A stretch of DNA of 64,000 nt from the NCBI GenBank assembly GCA_965263045.1, contig CBDHGK010000005.1, positions 13,377 through 77,376 on the forward strand. Reading direction: 5' to 3'. The position numbers and the translations under genes were made by a program. Shown in pieces: positions 11,301 to 20,431 of the stretch. The stretch is from Terriglobia bacterium. Its GTDB lineage: Bacteria; Acidobacteriota; Terriglobia; 20CM-2-55-15. Numbering within the stretch: position 1 is the first letter of the stretch; every line of letters starts with the position of its first letter. The notes beneath the pieces were generated by a model. That model did not search any database, had not been told where the DNA came from, and saw only the letters and a program-made list of their open reading frames with translations.

Positions 11301-11680
11301 CGCTGGCGGTGCCTCCGGCCACACTGGCGCTTCCACCGTCGGGTCAGATTGCCCGCTTTATCGACGAGATATTTACACTGCCGGACAACTTTTCCGGGGT
11401 GGTCCGGGTGACCTCCACGGTTGAAGTGGCCATCGTTGGGCTGCGCTTGCGCGTCAACGAGCGAGGGGAGTTGAAGGTGACGACGACCGCGCCATCAAAC
11501 GAAACAGCTGCATCGACCACGGCGGAAACATTCTTCCCTCATATCGCGGACTCGGGGGGCTGGTCCACACAGTTCATCCTGTTCAGCGGAACGGCAGGCC
11601 AGTCCTCGTCCGGAACATTGCGTTTCATCGACGCTTCCGGGCAACCGCTGGATCTGACCAACACCCAACCTCAGCCCTGA
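8342..11680 (+). CDS. Secreted S1 serine protease with six NHL repeats and C-terminal duplicated module
   Basis: GGAGG RBS and ATG at 8342; signal peptide; WVLTAAHC, NDAALI and GDSGGP triad; six VAVDG.GN.(F/Y)IAD repeats. Confidence 0.9.
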   Translation: MNKAILYVLLGALAILLVSLDGRGQFSDGPISNIIGGNPVSGQQFPFVVYIDGGDWFCSGSLVADNWVLTAAHCVVEHSGNVVSPRSIAVERGYPDDHEVIEEIGRIVVHPEYYYAGAGFKNDAALIELLEPFQSELAVPIQVLTAEQRAQYAPSGTLATAVGYGRKENNEWSDGMRQVDIPLSTPEDCRQNYVFVDENEITHESTLCAGAPGKGINGGDSGGPLLVSIRGGWGQVGIASIRGRSESGDPVIAVYTRVPSIYDWITENITNTATWAQTSADWTITTFAGNGEDIRGFGSPAGEGGPAVDAQLYLPSDVAVDGTGNVFIADTGWRRIRKVDSSGTITPIAGTGGGGPFGGDGGPAVDAQVSKAWGVAMDGVGNVFIADTGNHRIRKVDSTGTITTIVGPGSTVINHRGGFSGDGGPAAAALLRNPHGVAVDGAGNLFIADTYNHRIRKVDTSGTMTTIAGSGSTGLARGGFNGDGGPATAARLYGPTGVAVDGAGNLYIADRDNNRIRKVDTSDIITTIAGNGPSGDHGSYGGDGGPAFDAQLYLPYGVAVDGGGNLFIADTANDRIRKVDSTGTITTIAGTGEYGFSGDGGPAPEAQLRRPSGVAVDGGGNLFIADTNNHRIRLLTLLTPPEPESFSIPDRGGTSTTSNGTGESVRVGYGRIRADAGSSTPSGTAIFQFRDSEGVLISEAGVSASEPVQEGRIFAEVNGPVNTGLAIANPNDGSAFIQFHFTDTNGTRFAEGSFEHGAHQQTAKFLDQAPFNSGSSVLGTLTFTSSVRVAVVALRGLTNEAGEFLMTTLPVAPLSSTSSDTVYFPHFADGGGWATHVILVNPMDRTITGTVGFLGQGSDTAPAAPVVLTLDDGSTGSRFDYSIPPRSAQRFITANPPGGLAVGSVRATPHSGNAAPSGLVLFSFASDGKTVSEAGVPALPKGSAFRVYVETSGMPNQPGSIRSGLAITNAGATTNTVTLEVTRLDGSLAVPPATLALPPSGQIARFIDEIFTLPDNFSGVVRVTSTVEVAIVGLRLRVNERGELKVTTTAPSNETAASTTAETFFPHIADSGGWSTQFILFSGTAGQSSSGTLRFIDASGQPLDLTNTQPQP
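10274..11656 (+). repeat. 1.38 kb direct repeat, copy 2 (C-terminal module of gene 8342)
   Basis: Near-identical to 4168-5550, especially over the last 900 bp. Confidence 0.95.
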
Positions 11681-11903
11681 ACGTATCGGGGACCGCCACG
11701 ACAAGAATGAGGCAGACTACGATGGCGCGAGGTTGTGGCCGGGTCTGGGCAGCAGGGAGGTCCGTTGCAATGGATCAGACCAAACAGGTTTCGCAGTCGT
11801 TGGGCGCCGCCGCCGCCTGGTCACGATCGGCCTCAGGCAGCTCACCCCGCTGCCCCCCGCGCTCTCGTCAGCAGGGTACTGACCAGATTCGTGTTGGAAT
11901 ACA

Positions 11904-12104
11904 CACCTCGATGAAGTGTTCCTAAAAATCAATGGCGAACGCTCATACCTGTGGCGGGCCGTGGATCAGGAAGGCGAGGTGCTGGAGGCCTTTGTCTCGA
12001 AGCAGAGAGATCGCAAGGCCGCTTTGAAACTCCTCAAGAAACTGATGACGCGCTACACCAGACCGGATGCGATCATCACGGATCGGCTAAGGTCTTACCG
12101 CGCG
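11904..12104 (+). mobile_element. IS6-family transposase fragment (DDE core, first part)
   Basis: HLDEVFLKINGERSYLWRAVDQEGEVL..IITDRLRSYRA. Confidence 0.85.
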
Positions 12105-12252
12105 GGCGAGCGTATTCCGACGCGGAAGGGATACCGGAGCGGGCACTACGTACGCGGAATGCAATACCCGATTACAATAGGGAGTCGATGCTGGTGTCGA
12201 GGACACAGCAAGCCCGGAGGCGGCGCGACCGATCGGGGACTCCCGAACTCAG

Positions 12253-13161
12253 ATGACATCTAGGCTTCACACACACGATCCCTTCCCAGGCTCCGATGAA
12301 CTGAGGAACCTCCGGGAGATCGTCCAGGAAATTGCTCCGCAGCCGGGCGATATCCCCGAGCTGGCAGGGATCGACGTCTACGGTGCGACGATTCCGTTGA
12401 ACGGCGTCGGCGGGGGCGACCATGTCATATACGTCGATTTCAAGAAGCGTTACGATCTGGACGCTCGCATCCGACGTGCCATCGAGCGAGACCAGCCGTC
12501 GATTGTCGACAACCTTGAGCGCTGTCGGAGAATGGCCGGTGTGGCGGTGATCGACGTCTCCGGGCATCAAGTCACGGATGTGACGCTCGCCGCCATGATG
12601 CACCAGGCCTTCCTGTTCGGTGCCCTCTACGAACTCGACTCCTTCGGTCACATCACGAAGCGGCTCTTCGAGAACCTGAACACCCGGTTTTACAACTCTT
12701 CCAGCGTCAACAAATTCGTCACGATGCTATACGGTGAGATCTCCGAAGATGCCACGTTCCGGTTCATCAATGCGGCGCACCCATCCCCTATGGTGTTCTC
12801 GAACACGCGGGACGAGTTCCTGAAAACCCCGGGCTGCACCACGTTTCCGCCGATCGGTACGTTCCCTTCCCGGAACGTCATCGATCGCAATGCGACCGCA
12901 AGTGTGATGGGGTTCAAGGAACGGTACGAGCTGAACGAGTGGAGGCTGATGGGTTCGGGCGACATCCTGCTGTTGTGCACGGACGGCGCCACCGAACACG
13001 CCAACCGGAACGAAGATTACGCGCCGAAGCGTCTGGAGAAGGTTCTTCGAGGATCCAAGAACAGGACCGCACGCGAAATCTTCGAAGCAGTCCACGATGA
13101 TCTGATGGCTTTTGCACCGCCCTCAGACGACGTCACGCTGGTCGTCATCAAGCGACAGTAG
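12253..13161 (+). CDS. PP2C/SpoIIE (RsbU-like) protein phosphatase
   Basis: VGGGD, VIDVSGH, FVTMLYGEI, INAAHP, LLCTDG and SDDVTLVVIK motifs. Confidence 0.9.
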   Translation: MTSRLHTHDPFPGSDELRNLREIVQEIAPQPGDIPELAGIDVYGATIPLNGVGGGDHVIYVDFKKRYDLDARIRRAIERDQPSIVDNLERCRRMAGVAVIDVSGHQVTDVTLAAMMHQAFLFGALYELDSFGHITKRLFENLNTRFYNSSSVNKFVTMLYGEISEDATFRFINAAHPSPMVFSNTRDEFLKTPGCTTFPPIGTFPSRNVIDRNATASVMGFKERYELNEWRLMGSGDILLLCTDGATEHANRNEDYAPKRLEKVLRGSKNRTAREIFEAVHDDLMAFAPPSDDVTLVVIKRQ

Positions 13162-13218
13162 GTAGATCCACCACCTTAGAACGACGCGACCCAGCCCACG
13201 TTCAATCCACGTAATAGC

Positions 13219-13450
13219 CGGCGACGAGAACACGCGATGCTCGGTTTCAGGCGGATGCGAAGCCTCCAGACATTTGCCACTGTCCATTCTGTCGTCTACA
13301 ACCACTTCAACCTGCGACGCCCCCTCTGTTCACGGTACAATTTCAAGCTCAACCGCGCCGCTGCACTTGCCCAGTGGCGTCAACTCGGGGCGGCCTAAAT
13401 CCCTATCTCCAGTGGAGAACTCAGACCTGCTAATTTCCTCTGACAGTGCC
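13219..13450 (+). mobile_element. IS6-family transposase 3' end and right terminal repeat
   Basis: RRREHAMLGFRRMRSLQTF..NRAAALAQWRQLGAA* followed by the end sequence TGACAGTGCC at 13441-13450. Confidence 0.85.
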
Positions 13451-13506
13451 CTCGGCCGGTGGGGAGTTCAGGGGAAACTACTTGAGGGCAGGGGGAGATT
13501 GAACCC

Positions 13507-14289
13507 ATGTCTGTGAATCGCACACATAAGGCAAACAAGACCACGTGCACGCTCCCCCCGAAGACCAGAGCGCGCTTCATGTACAAGTATGGGTGCACTG
13601 AGCGTCTTGACTGGCTTGAAACCATCATTCTCCGACATCAAATTTATTTCCCCACTCCCACTGAGCTGAACGACCCTTTCGAAGCCAGACCACGAATTGC
13701 GAGAGGAACGATGAAAGCGTCCGTGCAAATGCTTTACGCTTTGTTTGTCGAAGCGAATCCCGATGCGACACTAGACGAACGCGCCGAGACCAAAGCCGAG
13801 ATTGAATACAAGCTTCCTCTCTTTGTAATCGAATTGGTTGTCCGGAGGATGGAGCAGTATCTTCACGCCGAGCTTTCCACTCAACGGATATATTCCCTAG
13901 CGAAGCGGCCAAACAACCTGCACTTGTGGAAGAACTATGCCGAGAACCACACGGGATACTGCCTAGAATTCCGCAATGCCGGCCCGTTTTCGGCGGCCAG
14001 AGCAGTCCGCTATCGTAGCGTCGTGCAAATCAACGTGACCGATCCCGGCGAAATCAATCCATACTTCTATTTCTACAAGAAACCACGCTGGAGTAAAGAA
14101 GAGGAACTCCGGATCGTCACTCACCGAAGCGCAAATGCAGTCTATATCCCTTTCGATCCGTCACTATTGACACGCATCATTCTTGGGAGAGACATTGCGT
14201 CGAGAGACGAAGCAAACATTCGAGCCTGGGCCCGGAAGCGTCGTCCAGAGCTCGCCGTAGCATCAGCGAAGGGCCTGCCGCTTCGCTAG
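13507..14289 (+). CDS. DUF2971-domain protein
   Basis: MYKY, LNDPFE, LWKNYAENHTGYCLEF and KKPRWSKEEELRI motifs; start may be 13579. Confidence 0.8.
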   Translation: MSVNRTHKANKTTCTLPPKTRARFMYKYGCTERLDWLETIILRHQIYFPTPTELNDPFEARPRIARGTMKASVQMLYALFVEANPDATLDERAETKAEIEYKLPLFVIELVVRRMEQYLHAELSTQRIYSLAKRPNNLHLWKNYAENHTGYCLEFRNAGPFSAARAVRYRSVVQINVTDPGEINPYFYFYKKPRWSKEEELRIVTHRSANAVYIPFDPSLLTRIILGRDIASRDEANIRAWARKRRPELAVASAKGLPLR

Positions 14290-14422
14290 AATATTCCTGC
14301 CGCGCCGATTCCTCCCAATGATCAGCGACAATGAAAATTCCCGGTCGTATTCCCTCGATTAAAAATGTTATCGAAAGACCGGTCAAATTGAAGGGAGCTT
14401 AAGGGCGGCCCGAGCCTTGACG

Positions 14423-15028
14423 TCAGCCTGGCACGATCTTGCGGGTCTCGATAAAGTGGTGCACGGCGGTCCTGGAGACGTTCAGGATCTTGGCGATCGA
14501 AGCCTTGGAGACCCACTTCTCCAGGAGGATGCGGATTTCGTCTTCCTTGCCGTCGAGCACGGACTTGCCCCGGGCGCCGTTGGGCCGGCCGAGCCGTTGG
14601 CCCGTGGCGCGGCCAGCCTTTCCTTGGTCCGTTCCGAGATCAGATTCCGCTCCACCTCGGCGAAGAGGCCGAACAGGGCGATCATCACCTCGGCCTGCAC
14701 GTCCTGGACCACCCTCGAAGCGGATGTTCTCATTGACGGCCGTGAAGAGGATCTTCCGCGTCACCAACTCCTCGACGATCCGGATCACTTGGCCCAGGCT
14801 GCGGCCGAGCCGCAACAGGTCGCTGACGATCAGATGGTCCCCTGCGGTCAGCGAGTCGAGCAATTCGCCGGTGCGCCCCGGGTCCCGACCCTTCCGGGAG
14901 GAAGCCTGCACTTCGACGAATCGGTCCACGGCCAACTGCTTCTGCCGGGCATAGTCGAGAATGGCCAGCTTCTGCTTGTCGAGGTTCTGAGAGCCGGTGG
15001 AAACGCGCAGGTAGGCCACGGTTTTCAT
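14423..15028 (-). pseudogene. Serine recombinase/resolvase with two compensating frameshifts
   Basis: MKTVAYLRVST and C-terminal HTH are in one frame; the E-helix AEVMIALFGLFAEVERNLISERTKE is in another frame (ORF 14482-14733). Confidence 0.85.
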
Positions 15029-15114
15029 GGTGCTGTCTATGGAAAGATGAAAATGGTGCTTAATTTAATGGATACGGCCACAATAATAATTCAGCGCATT
15101 GGATAGACAGTTAT

Positions 15115-15144
15115 CGTCTGAAATGACGCTCGTTTGATGAGACG
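15115..15144. promoter_or_regulatory. Putative res subsite upstream of resolvase
   Basis: CGTCTGAAATGACGCTCGTTTGATGAGACG has inverted ends and lies at the same distance from its resolvase start as the related motif near 3107. Confidence 0.4.
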
Positions 15145-15185
15145 GTTCCATGCCATCCTGAGCGGCTCCGGTTCCAGACTGAGCC

Positions 15186-15560
15186 TTAGTCGGCCGTTCG
15201 GCGGGCCGTTCCTAGCCGCGCCAGCGCATAGACAATGCCAATGGCCGGAACCACCGAAAATGCGATTGCAAGCTCCCAATCGCCCCGCACGCTACCCGCA
15301 GCAATCAGCCGCGCAAGGCCCAGGTCGGCGATCACGTTCGCCGTCAGGAGCGCCAGCAAGGCGAGGATCGTCTTCGTGGTGAGACGGGGCCGCAACACGA
15401 GCAGAAGCACGCCCGCGGCCCCCAGGGGGTGCAGGAAGATCAGGAGCAGCCGTTGCCAGACGTCTCCACCATTCGCGAATGCTCCAACCATGGACGTGAG
15501 TCCTACGAAGGCAGCGTGGATCACAGCGAGCACCGTCACCGAAATTCGGAAGCTGGTCAT
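15186..15560 (-). CDS. Small multi-pass membrane protein
   Basis: 124 aa with four hydrophobic segments. Confidence 0.65.
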   Translation of the reverse strand: MTSFRISVTVLAVIHAAFVGLTSMVGAFANGGDVWQRLLLIFLHPLGAAGVLLLVLRPRLTTKTILALLALLTANVIADLGLARLIAAGSVRGDWELAIAFSVVPAIGIVYALARLGTARRTAD

Positions 15561-15758
15561 GAAACCATGATCGGTCCCTGATGGGGATCTACCCCATCCT
15601 CTGAACCGGCTGCCAGTTGGCGGGCCGGGTCGGCGACCTTGTCGCAGTATGAAGGGACGCCCCTTATCTGGCGGTTGTTAAGAGAAGACTCCTATGTGGG
15701 GTGAACTCTGTCGCTGAGTCCGGTAGCAAAACTGGGTCTAGTCACACCGGTTTCGGGT

Positions 15759-16409
15759 CTACTTATTGCCAATGAACCACCCAGCCAGCGCTCCGAGGAT
15801 CATGTCGTCGCGACGGGCGCGCCGCTCTTCTTGCACCCACGCATTTTGATGCTCGGCAGCCATCAAATCGTATCTGCGTTTCGACCAACTCGTGAGGCGG
15901 TTCAGTTGACGCGGAGCTTTGATCACCAGATCCAGGTTCACTACACCGCTGCCGTCGGCAGGAAGTCCGCGTTTCTTCACTCCGGCTACGGGGTCATCTA
16001 GGAAGTCCACCACTTCGTCGAGCCAACCTCGAATCTGGTAGAGCGTCTCTTCATAGATTTCCCTCAGAATGGACCAGCCTTCGAAGTCTTCGTCGCTCGC
16101 CTGCAGGCAGCGTAGTTTGTCATAGCCATCCAGAATGCCTTCCAGTTCTGCGCGCATGCGGCTCGCGACACCATGGAAGTGTTCGTCCGGTTCATAGGTC
16201 AATGAACCGAAACCTTCGTTGACCTGTGCGGTGAACGCACTGACATGATCTGTAAGAGTTTGCAGATGTTCATCGACCAGGTCGAAAATGTTGAACACGG
16301 GGCCGGTTTCGAGTGGCGACTCGTCCATACGCGTTCGCAACTCCTCGGCCATGACGCGAAAGGCTCCGCCCAGTATTGTCAGCGGCCGCGGGATGGGTTC
16401 ATCGGTCAT
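15759..16409 (-). CDS. Hypothetical acidic helical protein, 216 aa
   Basis: GAGGTG RBS and ATG start; no motif recognised. Confidence 0.65.
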   Translation of the reverse strand: MTDEPIPRPLTILGGAFRVMAEELRTRMDESPLETGPVFNIFDLVDEHLQTLTDHVSAFTAQVNEGFGSLTYEPDEHFHGVASRMRAELEGILDGYDKLRCLQASDEDFEGWSILREIYEETLYQIRGWLDEVVDFLDDPVAGVKKRGLPADGSGVVNLDLVIKAPRQLNRLTSWSKRRYDLMAAEHQNAWVQEERRARRDDMILGALAGWFIGNK

Positions 16410-16495
16410 GTTGCACCTCTCGCATTCGTATGAACCGGAATAAACTGTTTAGCCTCTCGGCGGTTGAAAGTGTACATCGATTGACATCCTATGCG

Positions 16496-16626
16496 GGCAC
16501 TGTCAAGTTGACGGGAATTCACTCTTTTTCGACGCGGAATCAATTCTAGCCAGGACGACAAAGAAACGACGTAGCTGGCATGTCAATCAGTGGAACCTCT
16601 AGGAAAGCAGTTAGGTTGACAGTACC
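16496..16626. mobile_element. 131-bp MITE with IS6-type ends
   Basis: GGCACTGTCAA...TTGACAGTACC terminal inverted repeats; related copies at 26029-26149 and 43003-43060. Confidence 0.75.
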
Positions 16627-16697
16627 TACTAAACTGTTCGGTCAAGACGAGCGTTTGTTCCTGACAGAACCATGCCGGTCTCCGATCCCGACGTCTC
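16627..16697. repeat. 72-bp dispersed repeat, copy 2
   Basis: Matches 3093-3164; abuts the MITE, with no resolvase gene next to it. Confidence 0.7.
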
Positions 16698-17355
16698 GTC
16701 AACGCATCCTTCGGCATGGCTTCTCCTATTACTCAGGTCTGGTCCGGCACAGCAGCCCGAAGATTGGCCGTCCGGGTTTTCGATAGAATGGTCGCAGGGT
16801 TTAACTCTTTGCCTCCTCCGCAGAATTTGTGGGCAGTCCAAAGGCCTGTGCGCACATAAGTAATTGAAACAAAGTACCTTATTCTTTTGTTCGACGGCGA
16901 ATATTCCAGTACCCACTTCGGTCGGACGCCTACACCCGGTGCCCGGAGCCCCCGCCGGAGGCCCCGTTCCCCATCGCCCACACCAGCCGACACCGCGGAG
17001 CGCAGCCGAGGGTCAAGGCCGGCGCAGCCGCCGAGCTTGCGAGGGAAGCCTTGAGGCTTGGCGAGCACCGTGGTCTCCTCAAACGGCGATGGAAGACGGT
17101 TTTACCCACAAATTCTGCGGAAGACCCAACTCTTTTTGGCCCGGTGAAATCTCCGGGAAGCGATGACGATGGAAGGGATGCAGCAGGAGCAAGGCCTTTC
17201 TCCCGACCGCCAGGCCCGGGACCTCGGTATTGAGCGGATCCAGGAACTCAATATTGAGCGGGGGTGGAACTGGCCGGATATCGGATGATGAGTGTGTTGC
17301 TAAATGGATTTCTAGGCGCGGATCTCCGCGTAGTTCCTGTACTGGAGGCGGGCAG

Positions 17356-17877
17356 ATGAAAATAGATCGGGAGAGGTACGCTACTGATGTTGCCGCTATG
17401 ATTGCAGAACGCTCCTCTGAGATGTCGGCACAGATCAAAACATGGCACATCAGCCATGATATTGGGCTCTCAAACGGCGAGCTAGCCCCTGGCGCGACAA
17501 TGCGTCTCGTGGCAACCATAGAATTTCCGGAAGAGTTTAAAGGCCACGAACTGCTGGCAGAGATCAGAGGAATGCCAAGCCTTCGGCTGTGGGAGGATAT
17601 TGATTCAGATCATCGCTGTCTTGGGAATATAAACTGGTTCGGCGAGGAAGAACCATCGACGTTGTGCCTCGCGGCAGACGTGACTTTAGAAGCGTTTCAC
17701 AATCTCAGCCGACTGCTTTTGGACACTGATTTCAAACACAGGCCAGCACTTCAGGCCGCGGCAATAGGTTTGAGATCGATCGAGTTCTCGGAACGCGAGT
17801 TGAAAAAAGGCGTTGCTGTTATCGATGTTTCGGTCGCAGTTAACGCGCAGCAAGAAGAGGTGGAAAACGTCGAATGA
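17356..17877 (+). CDS. Hypothetical protein, 173 aa
   Basis: GGAGG RBS and ATG at 17356. Confidence 0.6.
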   Translation: MKIDRERYATDVAAMIAERSSEMSAQIKTWHISHDIGLSNGELAPGATMRLVATIEFPEEFKGHELLAEIRGMPSLRLWEDIDSDHRCLGNINWFGEEEPSTLCLAADVTLEAFHNLSRLLLDTDFKHRPALQAAAIGLRSIEFSERELKKGVAVIDVSVAVNAQQEEVENVE

Positions 17878-17895
17878 TGTCGTCAGTATTTTTGC

Positions 17896-19647
17896 TTACG
17901 GCTCGCAGTCCTGGTAGTCCGAGGCCATGCACGTCCGCGCCAGTTCAGTCGCACGGCTGATCTCGGCGCGGGTCAGGTCACGTTCGAGATTGTCCCGCCC
18001 CTCCCTAGCAGCTTCGTGCCCGTTTGCGCCTGCGATGTTCAACCACATGTGCGCGAGCACGGAATCCTTGAGGACGCCCTCGCCTTCGGCGTAACTGACC
18101 CCGAGGTTGTTCTGCGCAGTGGCGTACCCCTGCGCGGCGGCCAGCCGGAACCAGCGCGCGGCTTCGGTATCGTCCTTGAGCACGCCCAGGCCTTCGCTGT
18201 GCATGACCCCGAGGTTGTTCTGCGCACCGGCGAAACCCTGCTCAGCCGCCAGCCGGTACCACTGCACGGCTTCGGCATCGTCCTTGAGGACACCCTCGCC
18301 GTTGGTGTACCTGAGCCCGAGGTTGTACTGCGCACCGGCGTGACCCTGCTCGGCGGCGAGTCGGTACCACTTCACGGCTTCGGCATCGTCCTTGAGGACA
18401 CCCACGCCGTTGGTGTACCTGAGCCCGAGGTTGAACTGCGCACTGGCGAAACCCTGCTCAGCCGCCAGCCGGTACCACCTCACGGCTTCGGCATCGTCCT
18501 TGAGGACGCCCCGACCCTCGGCGTAACTGAGCCCGATGTTGTACTGCGCACCGGCGAAACCCTGCTCAGCCGCCAGCCGGTACCAGCGCACGGCTTCGGC
18601 ATCGTCCTTGAGGACACCCACGCCGTTGGCGTACATGGCCCCGATGTTGACCTGGGCACTGGCGTGACCCTGCTCGGCGGCCAGCCGGTACCACCGCGCG
18701 GCTTCGGCCTTGTCCGCCGGCACACCCATGTCGGTGTCGTACATGACCCCAAGGTTGTACTGCGCATCGGCGTAGCCCTGGTCAGCTGCCAAACGGAACC
18801 AGCGGACCGCTTCAGCATCGTTTTGCGGCATGCCATCGCCGGTGTAGTACATGAACCCGAGGCGCATCTGCGCCTCGGCATCACCTTGATCGGCGGCCAC
18901 TCGGTACCAGAGGTTGGCACCGTCTTTGAGGTAGTCGTTGGGCTGCGACCGGACGATGATCTTCAGAGATTGTAGGTTCCGCTCGGCGGCCAGCCGGAAC
19001 CAGCGCACGGCTTCCTCATCGTCTTTGAGGACACCCTCGCCGTTGGCGTACATGATCCCAAGCTCGAACTGTGCTAAAGCGCTCCCCTGGTCAGCGGCTA
19101 GGCGGTACCAGCGGACCGCTTCCGCATCGTCTTTGAGAACGCCCCGGCCATCGGCGTACCTGCCCCCGAGGGTGTACTGCCCAGAGGCGTCGCCTTGTTC
19201 GGCGGCTAACCGGTACCAGCGCACAGCCTCGGCATCATCCTGCGGCACGCCAAACCCAGCGCTGTACATCGTCCCGAGGCGTATCTGCGCCTCGGCATCT
19301 CCCTGCTCAGCGGCCTGTCGGAACCAGCGCGCGGCTTCCGCATGGTCCTTGAGGACGCCATTCCCGATAAAGTAACTTAGCCCGAGTGTAGACTGCGCCA
19401 AGACGTGGCCCTGCTCGGCAGCGAGCCGGTACCAGCGTATAGCCTCAGCACGGTCCTGGGGAACGCCAATCCCCGTGACATACCGGATGCCGAGGTTGTA
19501 CTGCGCATTGGCGTCACCCTGCTCGGCTTGGCGGCGGAGTTCCGTGATCGGGTCCGGGTCCTGTCCGAACGCCCAAGGCGCGATTAGCGTCAACGCCAGA
19601 ACGGAGACGGCAAGTGTCGTTCGTATTCTTGTTGGCCGCCGTTCCAT
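17896..19647 (-). CDS. Secreted Sel1-like repeat protein (about 14 repeats)
   Basis: Signal peptide; 36-aa AQYNLG..Y..G.GV.KD.AEAVRWYRLAAEQG repeats. Confidence 0.95.
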   Translation of the reverse strand: MERRPTRIRTTLAVSVLALTLIAPWAFGQDPDPITELRRQAEQGDANAQYNLGIRYVTGIGVPQDRAEAIRWYRLAAEQGHVLAQSTLGLSYFIGNGVLKDHAEAARWFRQAAEQGDAEAQIRLGTMYSAGFGVPQDDAEAVRWYRLAAEQGDASGQYTLGGRYADGRGVLKDDAEAVRWYRLAADQGSALAQFELGIMYANGEGVLKDDEEAVRWFRLAAERNLQSLKIIVRSQPNDYLKDGANLWYRVAADQGDAEAQMRLGFMYYTGDGMPQNDAEAVRWFRLAADQGYADAQYNLGVMYDTDMGVPADKAEAARWYRLAAEQGHASAQVNIGAMYANGVGVLKDDAEAVRWYRLAAEQGFAGAQYNIGLSYAEGRGVLKDDAEAVRWYRLAAEQGFASAQFNLGLRYTNGVGVLKDDAEAVKWYRLAAEQGHAGAQYNLGLRYTNGEGVLKDDAEAVQWYRLAAEQGFAGAQNNLGVMHSEGLGVLKDDTEAARWFRLAAAQGYATAQNNLGVSYAEGEGVLKDSVLAHMWLNIAGANGHEAAREGRDNLERDLTRAEISRATELARTCMASDYQDCEP

Positions 19648-19780
19648 TCGAACCTCCGATCTGCGTCACTGCGGCGTGGATTGAGGCTTGATGAATCCTT
19701 CCGTCGCCACTTCGAGTCGGGCTATGCGCCATATCCCATTATCGCCAGGTCCCTTCGCTGTCTGCACCTGAACTCGTCTA

Positions 19781-20362
19781 CTAAACGCATGGCATGGAAA
19801 CATGGGCAATTTTCCACTCACCATGTTCGAGCGCCCAAATGATAAAAATCACTGCGCCATATTCAAGTGGTAACAGGGAAAGGGACGCGTTTGGTGGCAA
19901 TAACTCCTTGAGGTACGCTCCATCTTCGACGTCGTCGAACCATTCATCGAAGCTCGCCTCAATTAGCAGGAACTTATCTTCTCTAAGATCATTAGTAGCC
20001 CGCTGTTGTAAAGCGGGAACAATCTCCGATCGGAATTGTGCCCCGGCCAAGTCCTGCTGTGAGAATTCCTCAAGGAAGTTCCGAATCCACAATTGCCTTG
20101 CTGTCTCGGATTGACGTTCTTCTTCGGAGATATAGCCGAGGCATGGCTCATTCAGCATCACACGATTGGCCATCGCGGTCTGTCCGAAGAACGAAAAGCC
20201 GCGGTCAGAACCCGGATCAACCAATGCTGACAGGAAGCTTCGTACCGCTTCTCCTAGATCCACTGACGCCCCGACCCCTTCCTGTTGCGTTTCGGAAGCG
20301 GCCAAGCAGCTCATTCCCACTCCAAGTCCGAGGCATACAATCAAACTATGCGAGAGGTTCAT
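19781..20362 (-). CDS. Hypothetical secreted protein, 193 aa
   Basis: Hydrophobic N-terminus; lies between the two Sel1 genes on the same strand. Confidence 0.6.
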   Translation of the reverse strand: MNLSHSLIVCLGLGVGMSCLAASETQQEGVGASVDLGEAVRSFLSALVDPGSDRGFSFFGQTAMANRVMLNEPCLGYISEEERQSETARQLWIRNFLEEFSQQDLAGAQFRSEIVPALQQRATNDLREDKFLLIEASFDEWFDDVEDGAYLKELLPPNASLSLLPLEYGAVIFIIWALEHGEWKIAHVSMPCV

Positions 20363-20431
20363 TGCCCTTAGTTCCTGTCCGCGCCGGCGATCCCACCTTT
20401 GACGCTCATCACGTAGGCGATTCTTTGCCCT

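Noticed and set aside
18016-18975. Long plus-strand ORFs at 18016 and 20639
   Set aside because: Antisense shadows of the Sel1 repeat genes.
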